Part shown: one piece after another, positions 28,711 to 43,931 of the stretch
Numbering within the stretch: the stretch's first letter is position 1
Layout of the letters: the number at the start of each line of letters is the position of its first letter
NCBI GenBank assembly: GCA_964016885.1
Contig: OZ024765.1
Location: 2,170,001 to 2,234,000 of the forward strand
Source of the DNA: Eledone cirrhosa
Lineage: Eukaryota
Direction: 5' to 3'
DNA length: 64,000 nucleotides
Translations under genes and position numbers: made by a program
Notes under the pieces: generated by a model
Told to the model about the DNA's origin: nothing
Databases searched by the model: none
The model's input: only the letters and a program-made list of their open reading frames with translations

Positions 28711-28888
28711 CGAAGGAATTGTGGTAAGGAACCAGATCGATCATAACGCGCCAAAGTACTCAATACTTAGTGTAGTAGAGTGGGTAATAGGAACAAGTAT
28801 GACCCCGACGGCAGAGCTCAAGCCGTTTCGAGTCCAGAAATAGCCGTCGAAACGGCTTAAGCTCTGCCGTCGGGGTCATACTTGTTTC
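28709..28888 (-). mobile_element. F1 fold-back element
   Basis: Same tail and hairpin, in (TA)n. Confidence 0.85.
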
Positions 28889-28936
<48 letters not shown>

Positions 28937-29055
28937 TGTATGTATGTATGTATGTATGTATGTATGTATGTATGTATGTATGTATGTATGTATGTATGTG
29001 AGTGTGTGTGTGTGTGTGTAAAAGGTAAAGAGAAATAACACAATCGGTACAACAG

Positions 29056-29091
<36 letters not shown>

Positions 29092-29206
29092 TGTATGTAT
29101 GTATGTATGTATGTATGTATGTATGTGTGTGTATGTGAGTGTGTGTGTGTGTGTGTATGTGAGTGTGTGTGTGTAAAAGGTAAAGAGAAATAACACAATC
29201 GGTACA

Positions 29207-29243
<37 letters not shown>

Positions 29244-29244
<1 letters not shown>

Positions 29245-29665
29245 TGAAGTAAAAGTTAAGTGGAAACCTCCAAGAGTAAGAGCACTCAGTCCATAGGACG
29301 AGTTTAGTATATATAATTACAACAGTGACATAAACAGGTACTCAAGTTTCGTTGGGTTCTGGGCCCCAATTTCTTCAGCCTATCATGAGAAACCTGAATG
29401 ACAAAGATGGCCGCCTTTGGTTGATTCTGTTTTTCCTAAGGGGATATAACAAAAGAGTTTTCTTTTCTTTAAATAACCCCCTTTTTTCTATACTTTTTAA
29501 AATTACCTGCCCCTGCGTGAACTCTTTTGTTTCATCCCCGTAGGGAAAACACAATCAACCATAGACGGTCATCTTTGTATTTCATTTTTTCTCATGACAG
29601 GCTGAAGACATTGGGGCCCACAACCCAACGAAACTTAAGTACTTGTTTATGTCACTGTTGTAGTT

Positions 29666-29672
<7 letters not shown>
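29244..29672. mobile_element. Fold-back element (arms ~29308-29460 / 29520-29672) with a hammerhead motif in each arm
   Basis: Diverged inverted arms between (TA)n tracts. Confidence 0.7.
29596..29647 (+). ncRNA. Type I minimal hammerhead motif; mirror copy on the minus strand at 29333-29384
   Basis: acagg-CTGAAGA-c-attggg..cccaac-GAAA-cttaag-TA-cttgt; palindromic stem III ACTTAAGT; GUA triplet. Confidence 0.65.
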
Positions 29673-29725
<53 letters not shown>

Positions 29726-29726
<1 letters not shown>

Positions 29727-29867
29727 ACGAAGGAGATGTGGTAAGGAACCAGATGGACCATAACGCACCAAAGTACTCAATACTTAGTGAAGTAGAGTGG
29801 GTAATAGGAAAAAGTATGACCCCGACGGCAGAGCTCAAGCCGTTTCGACGCGGTCATACTTTTCCCT
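29726..29867 (-). mobile_element. F1 element, internally deleted
   Basis: Tail plus one arm and a short return arm. Confidence 0.8.
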
Positions 29868-29911
29868 ATATATATATATATATATATATATATCATTATA
29901 ATGGGGTCATA

Positions 29912-30029
29912 TGGTCTGAGTTCAAATCCCGCCGAGGTTAACTTTGCCTTTCATCCTTACGGGGTCGATAAAATAAAGTACCAGTAATACACTGGGATAA
30001 TTGCTGGCCTTGTGCCAAAAGTAGAAATA
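29912..30029 (+). mobile_element. S1 SINE, 5'-truncated, with 17-bp TSD
   Basis: attataatggggtcata at 29895-29911 and 30030-30046. Confidence 0.85.
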
Positions 30030-30064
30030 ATTATAATGGGGTCATACTTTTTCATATATATATA

Positions 30065-30132
<68 letters not shown>

Positions 30133-30674
30133 CATTATAATGGAGGTGAATCGATGAAGGAACAGATCGATAAAGAGACAGACAGGTTAGCACGTGGTTA
30201 GACGCAGACATAACATAGATTTCTAGACTGATTGATTGAAAGAAAGATAGGTCAATATATTTTGTATATATTGGTGGGATAGTGATTGTGTGAGAGGGTG
30301 AGAGAGAGAAAGAGTGTGTGTGTGTATGAGAGAGGGTGAGAGAGAGAAAGAGTGAGATGAGGGTGTGTGTGTGTGTGTGTGTGTCTGTGTGAGTGTGTGT
30401 GTGTGAGACTATCTGTGTGTGTTTGCGAGAGATAGAGGTGAAAGTGAGTGTGTGTGTGTGTTTGCGAGAGATAGTGAGGTGTGTGTGTGTGTGTGTGTGA
30501 CTGTCTGTGTGTGTGTTTGCGAGAGATAGAGGTGAACGTGAGTGTGTGTTTGTTTGTGTGTATGACTATGTGTATGTTTCCGAGATATAGTGAGGTGTAT
30601 GTGTGTGTGTGTAAGACTGTTTGTATGTGTGTGTTTTGCGAGAAATAGTGAAGTGAGGGTGTATGTATCTGTGT

Positions 30675-30727
<53 letters not shown>

Positions 30728-32201
30728 ACTGTTTGCGAGAGATAGTGGTGAAGATGTGTGCGTGTGTGTGTGTATGCGAGAGATAGTGAGGTGTGTATGA
30801 CTGTGTATGACTGTGTACATATTTCCGAGATATAGTGAGGTGTATGTGTGTGTTTGTATGTGTGTTTGCGAGAGATAGAGGTGAATATGTGTGTGTAAGA
30901 CTGTGTATGTGTGTATGTTTCCGAGAGATAGAGTGAGGTGAAGTGTGTGTGTGTGTGTGTGTGTGTGTGACTGTGTATGTATGTGTATTTGTATATGTGT
31001 GTGTGTATGTATGTATGTTTGTATGTATGTATGTATGTATGTTTGAATGTATGTATGTAGGTTTGTAAGTATGTATATATGTATATATATGCATGTATGC
31101 ATGTATATATGTATGTATGCATGTATGTTTGTATGTATATATGTGTTTGTTTATGTATATATGTATATATGCATGTATGTATGTATGTATGTATGTATGT
31201 ATGTATGTATGTATGTATGTTTGTATATATGTATGTATGCATGTATATATGTATATATGTATGTTTGTATGTATGTATATATGTATGCATGTATGTTTGT
31301 ATGTATGTATGTCTGTATGTATATATAATGTATATATGTATGCATGTATGTTTGTATGTATGTATGTATGTTTGTATGTATGTATGTCTGTCTGTCTGTC
31401 TGTATATATAATGTATATATATATGCATGTATGTTTGTATGTATGTATGTCTGTATATATGTATGTATATATGAATGTATGTATGTATATATGTATATAT
31501 AATGTATGTATGTGTGTATGTATGTTTGTATATATGTATATATGTGTGTATGTATGTATATATAATGTATATATGTGTGTATGTATGTTTGTATATATGT
31601 ATATATAATGTATATATGTGTGTATGTATGTTTGTATAAATGTATATATAATGTATATATGTGTGTATGTATATATAATGTATATATGTGTGTATGTATG
31701 TTTGTATATATGTATATATAATGTATATATGTGTGTATGTATATATAATGTATATATGTATGCATGTATGTTTGTATATATGTATATATAATGTATATAT
31801 GTGTGTATGTATGTTTGTATGCGATGTAAATCATCGCTCGATTTAAGCTGAAAAAAGACAATTGATTGGGAAGACGAGTCTAAGTTAAAGACAGGATAAG
31901 GCTCAAGGTGTGGGAGTGAGGGCGAGATTATTACAATAGGGGTGGGTGGGAGGACAGGAAATGGTTTGTCTCCATTTTGAGGGGTTTGTCTGGGTGTTGG
32001 GGAGGGCGTTAGGGCTAAATTCCCTGTCCTCCATAATCGGGAGTGATTGGAGTCACAACTGCAACAACAACGAGATAATGAATCCATATATGGTTACACA
32101 ATATGCTAGAAACAGCAGTCAAATCTGCTTAACTGTTCACTTTAATCGTGTCTCGATGTATGTATATATATATATATATATGTTTCTTCATAGATGTGTG
32201 T

Positions 32202-32248
<47 letters not shown>

Positions 32249-32357
32249 CCTGGAGGGGGATCGGCTCCGCCAGGGTTAAAATACCCAAGAAACGATGTGT
32301 CAATACGGTGCTCCTACGACTCTAACAGGGTTACGGGACAATACCATACCATATATA

Positions 32358-32430
<73 letters not shown>

Positions 32431-32954
32431 ATCTCCTCTTATTTCAAAGATTTCTCCTCCTAAAGACGGAATTTAACTTCTTCCAATATTTGTTGTTTAA
32501 ATGTTTAAATAATTAATATTGTTTCTAGTTAGGGACTTAAAATGCCCTCCCGAATCCAGATTTTCGATGAAGTTTCATGTTTATATATACAGTGCCAAGT
32601 GTTTCTGATGAATAGATGAAGGAAAAGCCTGCTCTATGTCAGGTATAGAGGAAGGTATATTAAATATATGTTATATTATATTATATATATTATATTATAT
32701 TATATATATTATATATATGTTATATTATATTATATATATTAAATATATGTTATATTATATTATATATATTATATTATATTATATATATTATATATATGTT
32801 ATATTATATTATATATATTATATTATATTATATATATTATATATATGTTATATTATATTATATATTTATTATATTATATATATAAAGGTATATTATATAA
32901 AGGGGAAAGACACAGGAGAGTCTCTCTCTAGTAGTGCGGACAATATCGGCCTTC

Positions 32955-33032
32955 CACATGCTGATGATCCACAGGGTTGTATTGGAACCCACTTAAATGG
33001 CGAAACATTCTCCTGGTGAGTGTGTACATGTG
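32955..33032 (+). ncRNA. Type I hammerhead motif
   Basis: Stem I cacatg/catgtg; CTGATGA 32961-32967; stem II tcca..tggc; GAAA; stem III acattctc/gagtgtgt; GUA triplet; flanked by a short IR (32901-32921 / 33155-33177). Confidence 0.65.
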
Positions 33033-33301
33033 TGATTTAGGTGAGGATGGTTTCTCATTTCAATTTATACTTTTAATTTTAATGTTTTACCAATGCCTCT
33101 AGTAGCTTATATTCTCTTCACGCTGGTGGTTCGAAATTCCTGTAATGAAAAACCCACTCTCCTGTGTCTTTCCCCCCTATATATTGTATTTTAAAGTGCT
33201 CAGGAAAACTATTTCCTTTGAGCTCATTTAATTACAGGATTATACGCGAGTCCCTTGCTCTGTTATTTTTACTTAAGGTATATTATATATATTATATCTG
33301 T

Positions 33302-33494
33302 AGGGCGGTGGATTGGCAGTATCGGTGAAACGTTGGGCGCCATGCTTTGTAGCATAGAGTTACGCCCCTGTATGATCCGAGCTCAAATCCCGCCGAGGTT
33401 AACTTTGCCTTTCATCCTTACGGGGGTCGATAAAATAAAGTAGCAGTAATACACTGGGACAATTGCTGGCCTTGTGCCGAAAGTAGCAACAATT
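33302..33494 (+). mobile_element. Full-length S1 SINE
   Basis: Boxes A and B, core and tail. Confidence 0.9.
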
Positions 33495-33554
33495 ATGTAT
33501 AATTTCTCAACACAACTGCATACTACCCCAGGTTAGACAACAATGTCAGGAATA

Positions 33555-33765
33555 ACTGTTTCTAATTTAGGCACAAGGCCAGCAAATATGGGAGGGGAAA
33601 GTCGATTAAATCAACCCAAGTATATTACTGCTACTTTATTTTGTCGACGCCATAAGGATGAAAAACTAAGCTAACCTCGGTCCTATTTCAACTCAGAGCA
33701 TTAGGGGTCATAACTAAATACTGCAAAACATTTTGTCCGACGCTCTACTGGTTATTGCCAAACCA
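33555..33765 (-). mobile_element. Older S1-related SINE
   Basis: Diverged core and tail. Confidence 0.7.
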
Positions 33766-34161
33766 ATTGTAACAACAATAGTAACAAGAAAATCAATAAT
33801 AACACTGCCACTACATTTACTATTGCTACTATAACCACTAGCACCACCACCAGTACTACTACTACCACCACTACCACCACCACTACCACCACTACCAACA
33901 TGATCACTACTACCACCAGTACTACTACTACTACTACCACTACTACAGGTAAACAAGACAACCAGAGGACCGTTAATAACTGCTATTATGGCCGTTTAAT
34001 GGCGACCACAACCGGAAGTAGAGGAGGAAGTGTTGACATAAACTGTGGGGATAGCATCAGCATCAACATCAACATCAACAACATCAACAACATCAACAAG
34101 AACAACATCAACAACATCAACAAGAATATCAACAAGAACATCATCTGTAAATAATTATATT

Positions 34162-34223
<62 letters not shown>

Positions 34224-34269
34224 CATACATGCACACAATAAAATTAGTATTTAATCCGTGTATATATAT

Positions 34270-34318
<49 letters not shown>

Positions 34319-34320
<2 letters not shown>

Positions 34321-34496
34321 CGAAGGAAGTGTGGTAAGGAACCAGGTGGACCATAACGCACCAGAGTACTCAATACTTAGGGTAGTAGAGTGGGTCATAG
34401 GAGAAAGTATGACCCCGATGGCAGAGCTCAAGCCGTTTCGACGGAAATAGCCGTCGAAACGGCTTGAGCTCTGCCGTCGGGGTCATACTTTTTCCT
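34319..34496 (-). mobile_element. F1 fold-back element
   Basis: Same tail and hairpin. Confidence 0.85.
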
Positions 34497-34497
34497 A

Positions 34498-35526
<1,029 letters not shown>

Positions 35527-35643
35527 GTAGTTGTAATAGTAGTGATAGTAGAAATACTAGTAGTAGTAGTGGTAGTAGTAGTAGTTGTAATAGTAGTAGT
35601 AGTAGTAGTGATAGTAGTAGTGATAGTAGAAATACTAGTAGTT

Positions 35644-35675
<32 letters not shown>

Positions 35676-36127
35676 TGTAGTTGTAGTAGTTGTAGTAGTA
35701 GTTGTAATAGTAGTAGTAGTAGTAGTAGTGATAGTAGAAATACTAGTAGTAGTAGTAGTTGTAGTAGTAGTTGTAATAGTAGTAGTGATAGTAGAAATAG
35801 TAGTAGTAGTTGTAATAGTAGAAATACTAGTAGTAGTAGTAGTTGTAGTAGTAGTTGTAATAGTAGTAGTGATAGTAGAAATAGTAGTAGTAGTTGTAGT
35901 AGTAGTAGTAGTTGTAATAGTAGTAGTGATAGTAGAAATAGTAGTAGTAGTGATAGTAGTAGTAGTAGTAGTTGTAATAGTAGTAGTGATAGTAGAAATA
36001 CTAGTAGTAGTAGTAGTTGTAGTAGTTGTAGTAGTAGTTGTAATAGTAGTAGTGATAGTAGGAATACTAGTAGTAGTAGTGGTAGTAGTAGTAGTTGTAA
36101 TAGTAGTAGTGATAGTAGAAATACTAC

Positions 36128-36173
<46 letters not shown>

Positions 36174-36202
36174 TGTAGTAGTAGTAGTGATAGAAATACT
36201 AC

Positions 36203-36236
<34 letters not shown>

Positions 36237-36483
36237 TGTTGTTGTAATAGTAGTAGTGATAGTAGAAATACTAGTAGTAGTAGTTGTAGTAGTAGTTGTA
36301 GTAGTAGTTGTAATAGTAGTAGTGATATCAGTGGTGATAATAGGCGAATACTAGTAGTACTAGTAGTGATAGTAGAAATAAGAGCAGTAGTAGTAGTAGA
36401 AGTGATAGTAGTAGTAGTAGCAGTGATAGTAACTGTAGTAGCAGTAGTGACATTAGCAGCAGTAGTAGTAGTAATAGTAGTGA

Positions 36484-36521
<38 letters not shown>

Positions 36522-38166
36522 ATATTAGCAGCAGCAGTAATAGTAGTAGCAGTGATAGTGATGGTATTAATAGTGTGATGACAATAGCGCCCAGAGCCAA
36601 ATGCAATAATTGGCGAGATAATAGCGACGACAACAATGGCCGCTGATTGCTTATTTAAGCAGAGCGCCATTTTGTTTTGTTACCGCGCCGCTCTTATTTA
36701 TACATTTATATATTTATGTTTATATAGTTAGATATTTATATATTTATGTGTTTTTATATTTATATATTTTTATATTTATATGTTTATATATTTATATATT
36801 TATAAATTTATATGTTTATATATTTTTATGTTTATATATTTATATATTTATAAATTTATATGTTTATATATTTATATATTTATATGTTTATATATTTATA
36901 TATTTATATATTTATATGTTTATATATTTATATATTTATATGTTTATATAGTTATACATTTATAAATTTATATGTTTATGTGTTTATATATTTATTTATT
37001 TATGTTTATATGTGTGTGTGTGTGTGTGTGTGTATTATGTGTATATATGTATATATTTATGTGTTTGTTGTATAATTGTTTGTCTATAATCTTTATCGTT
37101 ATCATCATTGTTGTTTTCTTACTGCGATCTCTATTATTGTCTTTTTGTGTTGATGTTGTTGTTATTGTTGTTATTGTTATTGTTGCTGTTGATGTTGTTA
37201 TTGTTGTTGTTTTTTGATAATGCTGACTGTTGTTGCTGTTGCTGGTGTTGTTGTTGTTGTTGATAATCTCATAACACTTTCCACCCTCCCTCTTTAAATA
37301 AAACAACAACAAAACAAGAGACTCCATGTAAAGACTCTCTTCCAATCTTCGTTCTTTCTTATTGTCCTAGTTGTTATGGTTGTTATGTTGTTGTGGTGTT
37401 AGTGTTGTTGTTGTGGTTGTTATGTTGTTGTGGTGTTAGTGTTGTTGTTGTGGTTGTTATGTTGTTGTGGTGGTAGTGTTGTTGTGGTGTTAGTGTTGTT
37501 GTTGTGGTGTTAGTGTTGTTGTTGTGGTTGTTATGTTGTTGTGGTGTTATTGTTGTTACTGGGGTTGTTATGTTGTTGTGGTTGTTATGTTGGGATGTTA
37601 TTGATGTTGCTGTGGTTGTTATGTTGTGATGTTATTGTTGTTGCTGTGGTTATATTGTAATGTTATTGTTGTTGCTGTGGTTGTTATGTTGCTGTGGTTG
37701 TTATGTTGTTGTGGTGTTAGTATTGTTGCTGTGGTTGTTATGTTGTCATGTAAATACTCTTACAATCTTCGGTGTGTCTTCTTCTTGTTGTTATTGTGGT
37801 TGTTATGTTGTTGTTGAGGTTATATTGTTCTTGTTGTTATGATGTTGTTGTCCTTGTTATGTATTGTTATTGCTATTTAATCTTATCTATTAATTAAGGC
37901 ACCCTTCTTGTTACATATACGTATATATATATAGATATGTATGTATATATATAGATAGATATGTATGTACATATATATTTATATATATATATACACACAC
38001 ACACATATGTATATATATATACATTTACAAAATTATGTTTATATATATGTATATATATACACATATGTATGTATATATATATATATTTACACACACATAT
38101 GTATGTATATATACATTTACATAATTATGTTTATATATATATGTATGTGTATATATTTGTTTGTAT

Positions 38167-38261
<95 letters not shown>

Positions 38262-38609
38262 AACATCATTTATATATATATATATATAATGTGTTATAGA
38301 AATTAATATTTCCAAACAGTTTTCAAAATTAAGGAAATTATTTCTCTGTATAATAATTTTCTTCATAATTAATAAAATCTGTCATTAGTTTTGATAACAC
38401 GGGTACACTATTTTATACACGGGCATATATATATGCATACATGCATGCTTCCATAAACACACACATATACATATATATACACACACATGCTTCCATAAAT
38501 ACATATATATATATATACACATACATACACATATGCATATATGTATGTCATTACATATATACATATATCTCCAAACCTATGTTCATACGTACATGTATAC
38601 ATACATACA

Positions 38610-38661
<52 letters not shown>

Positions 38662-38754
38662 TACATACATACGTATGTCCATACATGCATATACACATTC
38701 GTGCATATACACATGTATACACACATATGCATGCATATATTTATACATATATAG

Positions 38755-38818
<64 letters not shown>

Positions 38819-39001
38819 GGATACGTATATTATGCATGCATATATGCATACATATACATGCATACGTACTTACAGAGATGCACATGTCCATACATACATA
38901 AACATACGTATACACATACATACATACATATATACATACATACATACATATACACATACATACATACATACATATACACATACATATACACATACATATA
39001 C

Positions 39002-39032
<31 letters not shown>

Positions 39033-39064
39033 CACATATACACATATACACATACATACATACA

Positions 39065-39097
<33 letters not shown>

Positions 39098-40280
39098 TCT
39101 GAATGCGTCGAAGCAGGCGAGTGTAGGTGTCATCCAAGCGCTTTTGTTTGGATGAAAGCGCCCATGTTTTACTTCCATAGCAAGATCGGTTGAATTGTCA
39201 CCTGGATGTTATACACAAACCCACCTCGGCCAAAATATAACTAAACATGGATTTGTGGTGAATGTATATGGCTTCTTAATCTATAAACTACAAATGGTCG
39301 CGATATCTGAAAATTTCAAAATCTGTAAAACATTCTTACGATTCAAAAGATGAACGATTGCACAAGTGACAACGAAAAAACCTTTTTTTTTCTGTACAGC
39401 CTTGCCTCCGGGAAGGTGTCCAGTCAAAAATAAACTCTAAATTTAGAGAGAGAGCATATACATACGTACATACATATATACATTCACACATACATATATA
39501 CATACATTCATATATACATACATACGTACATATACGTACATTCATACACAGATACATTCATACATATATACACGTACATACACATACACATAAACAAATA
39601 CATACACACGCGGGCATACATACATACGCACATGCACACAGACGTACATACATACACACATACATGCATACATACACGCATGCATACTACACATTTACAT
39701 TCACGCATAAATATATACATAGATTCATATATGTATATATACATACATACTACACACACACACATATATATAGATAGATATATACACATATAAATACATT
39801 CAGATACATACATACATACATACATACATACATACATGCATACATACATAAAACATACATACATATATGCAAATAAACATAAATACATATATAGATACAC
39901 ATACATACATATATGCACACAGATGTACATGGGGAATTTTTATTAAAATGTTAAACGGTGCGGATTGGAGGGGGGGGGGGCGGATGAGGCCGGAAGACGA
40001 CTTCCGGATGATGTGGAAGGAGGACTTCCGTTTTAATTTCCAAATAAAACACTTCACGTCCGATCTCAAATTCCCTGCCCCCACAAAGCTCTGCTCTGTC
40101 CCCAACAAAGCTCTGCACTGTCCCCAACAAATATCTGCCCTACCCGTTTGCTTGCTTGCTTGTTTTCTCAAGTAGAGGTTCTACCGCGAGCTTGGCGGTT
40201 TCGGCTAGCCACCTCTTCTAAACTTTCTGAGGAAAGAAATTATACATATATTGGGGTACATGCGTAGAATAGGACCGTCT

Positions 40281-40353
<73 letters not shown>

Positions 40354-40462
40354 ACGTACTGATGAAATAGCTCAGTACCTCTGAAATATGTATAATAAAA
40401 TATATTTGATCACATGTCTATATTTATTAATATTTTGAAGTTATATATATATATATATATAT

Positions 40463-40673
40463 AGGAACGAGTAGGACCCCGACGGCTGAGCTCAATCCGT
40501 TTCGACGGCTAATTCTGGACTAATCGACTAATTTAGTCCACAATTAGCCGTCGAAACGGCTTGAGCTCAGCCGTCGGGGTCCTACTCGTTCCTATTACCC
40601 ACTCTACTACCCTAAGTATTGAGTACTTTGGTACGTTATGGTCCACCTGGTTCCTTACCACATTTCCTTCGTT
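40463..40673 (+). mobile_element. F1 fold-back element (longest hairpin)
   Basis: ~65-bp arms, apex ggactaatcgactaatttagtcc, full tail. Confidence 0.9.
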
Positions 40674-40747
40674 ATATATATATATATATATATATATATC
40701 TTTATTTTCTGTATCTCTCCTTCGTGATCCTGTCTCTATTTTTGTAC

Positions 40748-40780
40748 TCCCGAAGAAGGGCTAAAACCCGAAACGTCGAA
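40748..40780 (+). ncRNA. Degenerate PLE-type minimal hammerhead
   Basis: CCGAAGA-a-ggg-ctaaaa-ccc-GAAA-cg-TC; core position U4 is C. Confidence 0.45.
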
Positions 40781-40853
40781 CTTTCTTTCCCCTTTTCCAT
40801 ATAAAGCGTGAAACTAATAAGACTTTTTTTACTTCTGTTTTTTTTGTTTCCTT

Positions 40854-40958
<105 letters not shown>

Positions 40959-40993
40959 CCTTTCAGAAGATCCCGTTAAGAGGTGAAAGCAGC

Positions 40994-41833
40994 CAATGAT
41001 GTAATTATATGGGTACATATGTAGAATAGGTCCGTCAATGATGTTATTATATGGGTACATATGTAGAATAGGTCCGTCAATGATGTAATTATATGGGTAC
41101 ATATGTAGAATAGGTCCGTCAATGATGTTATTATATGGGTACATATGTAGAATAGGTCCGTCAATGATGTTATTATATGGGTACATGTGTAGAATAGGTC
41201 CGTCAATGATGTAATTATATGGGTACATATGTAGAATAGGTCCGTCAATGATGTAATTATATGGGTACATATGTAGAATAGGTCCGTCAATGATGTTATT
41301 ATATGGGTACATATGTAGAATAGGTCCGTCAATGATGTTATTATATGGGTACATATGTAGAATAGGTCCGTCAATGATGTTATTATATGGGTACATATGT
41401 AGAATAGGTCCGTCAATGATGTAATTATATGGGTACATATGTAGAATAGGTCCGTCAATGATGTAATTATATGGGTACATATGTAGAATAGGTCCGTCAA
41501 TGATATAATTATATGGGTACATATGTAGAATAGGTCCGTCAATGATGTAATTATATGGGTACATATGTAGAATAGGTCCGTCAATGATGTAATTATATGG
41601 GTACATATGTAGAATAGGTCCGTCAATGATGTAATTATATGGGTACATATGTAGAATAGGTCCGTCAATGATGTTATTATATGGGTACATATGTAGAATA
41701 GGTCCGTCAATGATGTTATTATATGGGTACATATGTAGAATAGGTCCGTCAATGATGTTATTATATGGGTACATATGTAGAATAGGTCCGTCAATGATGT
41801 TATTATATGGGTACATATGTAGAATAGGTCCGT
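40994..41833. repeat. Minisatellite, 20 x 42 bp (caatgatgt[a/t]attatatgggtacatatgtagaataggtccgt)
   Basis: Direct count; near-identical units. Confidence 0.95.
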
Positions 41834-42799
41834 ACAATTATTTACAAGTGTAAGATGTACATAAGTGTTAGAATTGTTTAGTCGGATGAATGACAACATG
41901 AATGGGGCCCGGTACCATGGACAATAGCTCCGTGTTTGCTTATTATTTAATGTTGAAGATGTGTGTTGAGTGAGAGAGGGGGGGGGGCGGATTAGATGTG
42001 AGATGTGAAGTGCTTGACGGGAGGGGGTGGAATTATAGGGGGGTAGGTGGAGTGAGAGAAGAGAGGAGGGGGAGGAAATATTGAGGGGTAGGAGGAATGA
42101 GAGAAGAGAGGAAAGGGTTGGTGGAGGAGGGGGAGTAAGGGTTAGGGGTCAATTGAAGGTTTTTATCGTCGTTTAAATTTTTTGAATAAACAGTCCCAGA
42201 AAATTATGATGGCGTGGTGTGGTGGTGTGGTGGTGTGGTGGGGTGTGGTGGTGTGGTGGTGTGGTGGTGTGGTGGTGTGTGGTGGTGTGTGGTGTGGTGG
42301 TGTGTGGTGGTGTGTGGTATATTGTGGTGTTGTGTGGTATATTGTGGTGTTGTGGTGTGTGGTGTTGTGTGGTGTTGTGTGGTGTGGTGGTGTGTGGTAT
42401 ATTGTGGTGGTGTGGTGTGGTGGTGTGTGGTATATTGTGGTGTGGTGTTGTGTGGTGTTGTGTGGTGTGGTGGTGTGTGGTATATTGTGGTGTGGTGTTG
42501 TGTGGTGTTGTGTGGTGGTGTGGTGGTGTGGTGTGGTATAGTGTAGGGTAGTGTGGTGTAGTGTGGTGTGGTGTAGTATGGTGTTGTAGTGTGGTGTGGT
42601 GTGGTGTAGTGTGGTGGTGGTGGTGGTGGTAGTGGTGGTGATTGTAGCGGTGTTAGTGGTGGTGGTAGCAGTGGTGGAGGTGGTGGGGACAGTGGTACTG
42701 GGTCATGTGTGATTGAAATTGAAATTTTAAAAAATTACAGACAAAAAGACGCCAACAAAAAAACAAAGAGGTTGGTTGACTGTCATAAAGACGTGAAAA

Positions 42800-43070
42800 T
42801 AATTGTTTCTACTTTTGGCACGAGGCCAGCAATTACTTCAGTGTATTACTGGTACTTTATTTTACTGACCCCGTAATAATTGTTTCTATTTTTGGCACGA
42901 GGCTAGCAATTACTCCAGTGTATTACTGGTACTTTATTTTATTGACCCCATAAGGATGAAAAGCAAAGTTAACTTCGGCGGGATTTGAACGCAAACTGTA
43001 AAGGGGCGTAACTCTATGCTACACAGCATGGCGTCCGACCCTTCTACTGATAATGCCAATCCACCGCCCT
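42800..43070 (-). mobile_element. Full-length S1 SINE with duplicated tail
   Basis: Boxes A and B; the tail segment occurs twice. Confidence 0.85.
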
Positions 43071-43393
43071 ACCACACAGACGTAAAAATAGCCCCATCTG
43101 GACACGGTTATCGTTGAGTACAGGGGTTTGACAGGCAAGACGGCCGCAAAAGAAGTGTGTATGTTATAGACCCCTTCAAAGGGGCCACTTTCACTGCCGT
43201 CCAGCTGCTTACTCTTCGACATTATAAAGTGAAAAAAAGGGGTCTTTCTTGTGTGTGTGCCTCCTCCTTATTAGTTACAAATGATAATAATAATAATAAT
43301 AATAGAATTAGAAAGAGAAAGTGGTGGAGGGGGGGGGGCGGCGACGGCGTTCTATTTATTTGCTAACTAAATATGTTTGTTTAGACTCGTGTA

Positions 43394-43454
<61 letters not shown>

Positions 43455-43491
43455 ATATGTATGTGTATATATATGTATGTGTGTATGTATG

Positions 43492-43534
<43 letters not shown>

Positions 43535-43644
43535 GTATATGTATATATAAAGAAAATAAGATGTCCTACACGGTTGTAAGTATAAGGAAAAGAAATCGAA
43601 AATGCAACTGGAGTCTTTTAAGAATATTTATTTAAAGACTCCAG

Positions 43645-43680
<36 letters not shown>

Positions 43681-43682
<2 letters not shown>

Positions 43683-43887
43683 CGAAGGAAATGTGGTAAG
43701 GAACCAGGTGGACCATAACGCACCAAAGTACTCAATACTTAGGGTAGTAGAGTGGGTAATAGGAACGAGTAGGACCCCGACGGCTGAGCTGAAGCCGTTT
43801 CGACGGCTAATTCTGGACTAAAATGATTTTGAGTACAGAATTAGCCGTCGAAACGGCTTGAGCTCAGCCGTCGGGGTCCTACTCGTT

Positions 43888-43890
<3 letters not shown>
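43681..43890 (-). mobile_element. F1 fold-back element
   Basis: Same tail and hairpin. Confidence 0.9.

Positions 43891-43931
<41 letters not shown>

Noticed and set aside
34260-34450. Recurring peptide [29 protein letters not shown] as a gene family
   Set aside because: It is the antisense translation of the F1 tail, starting in (TA)n
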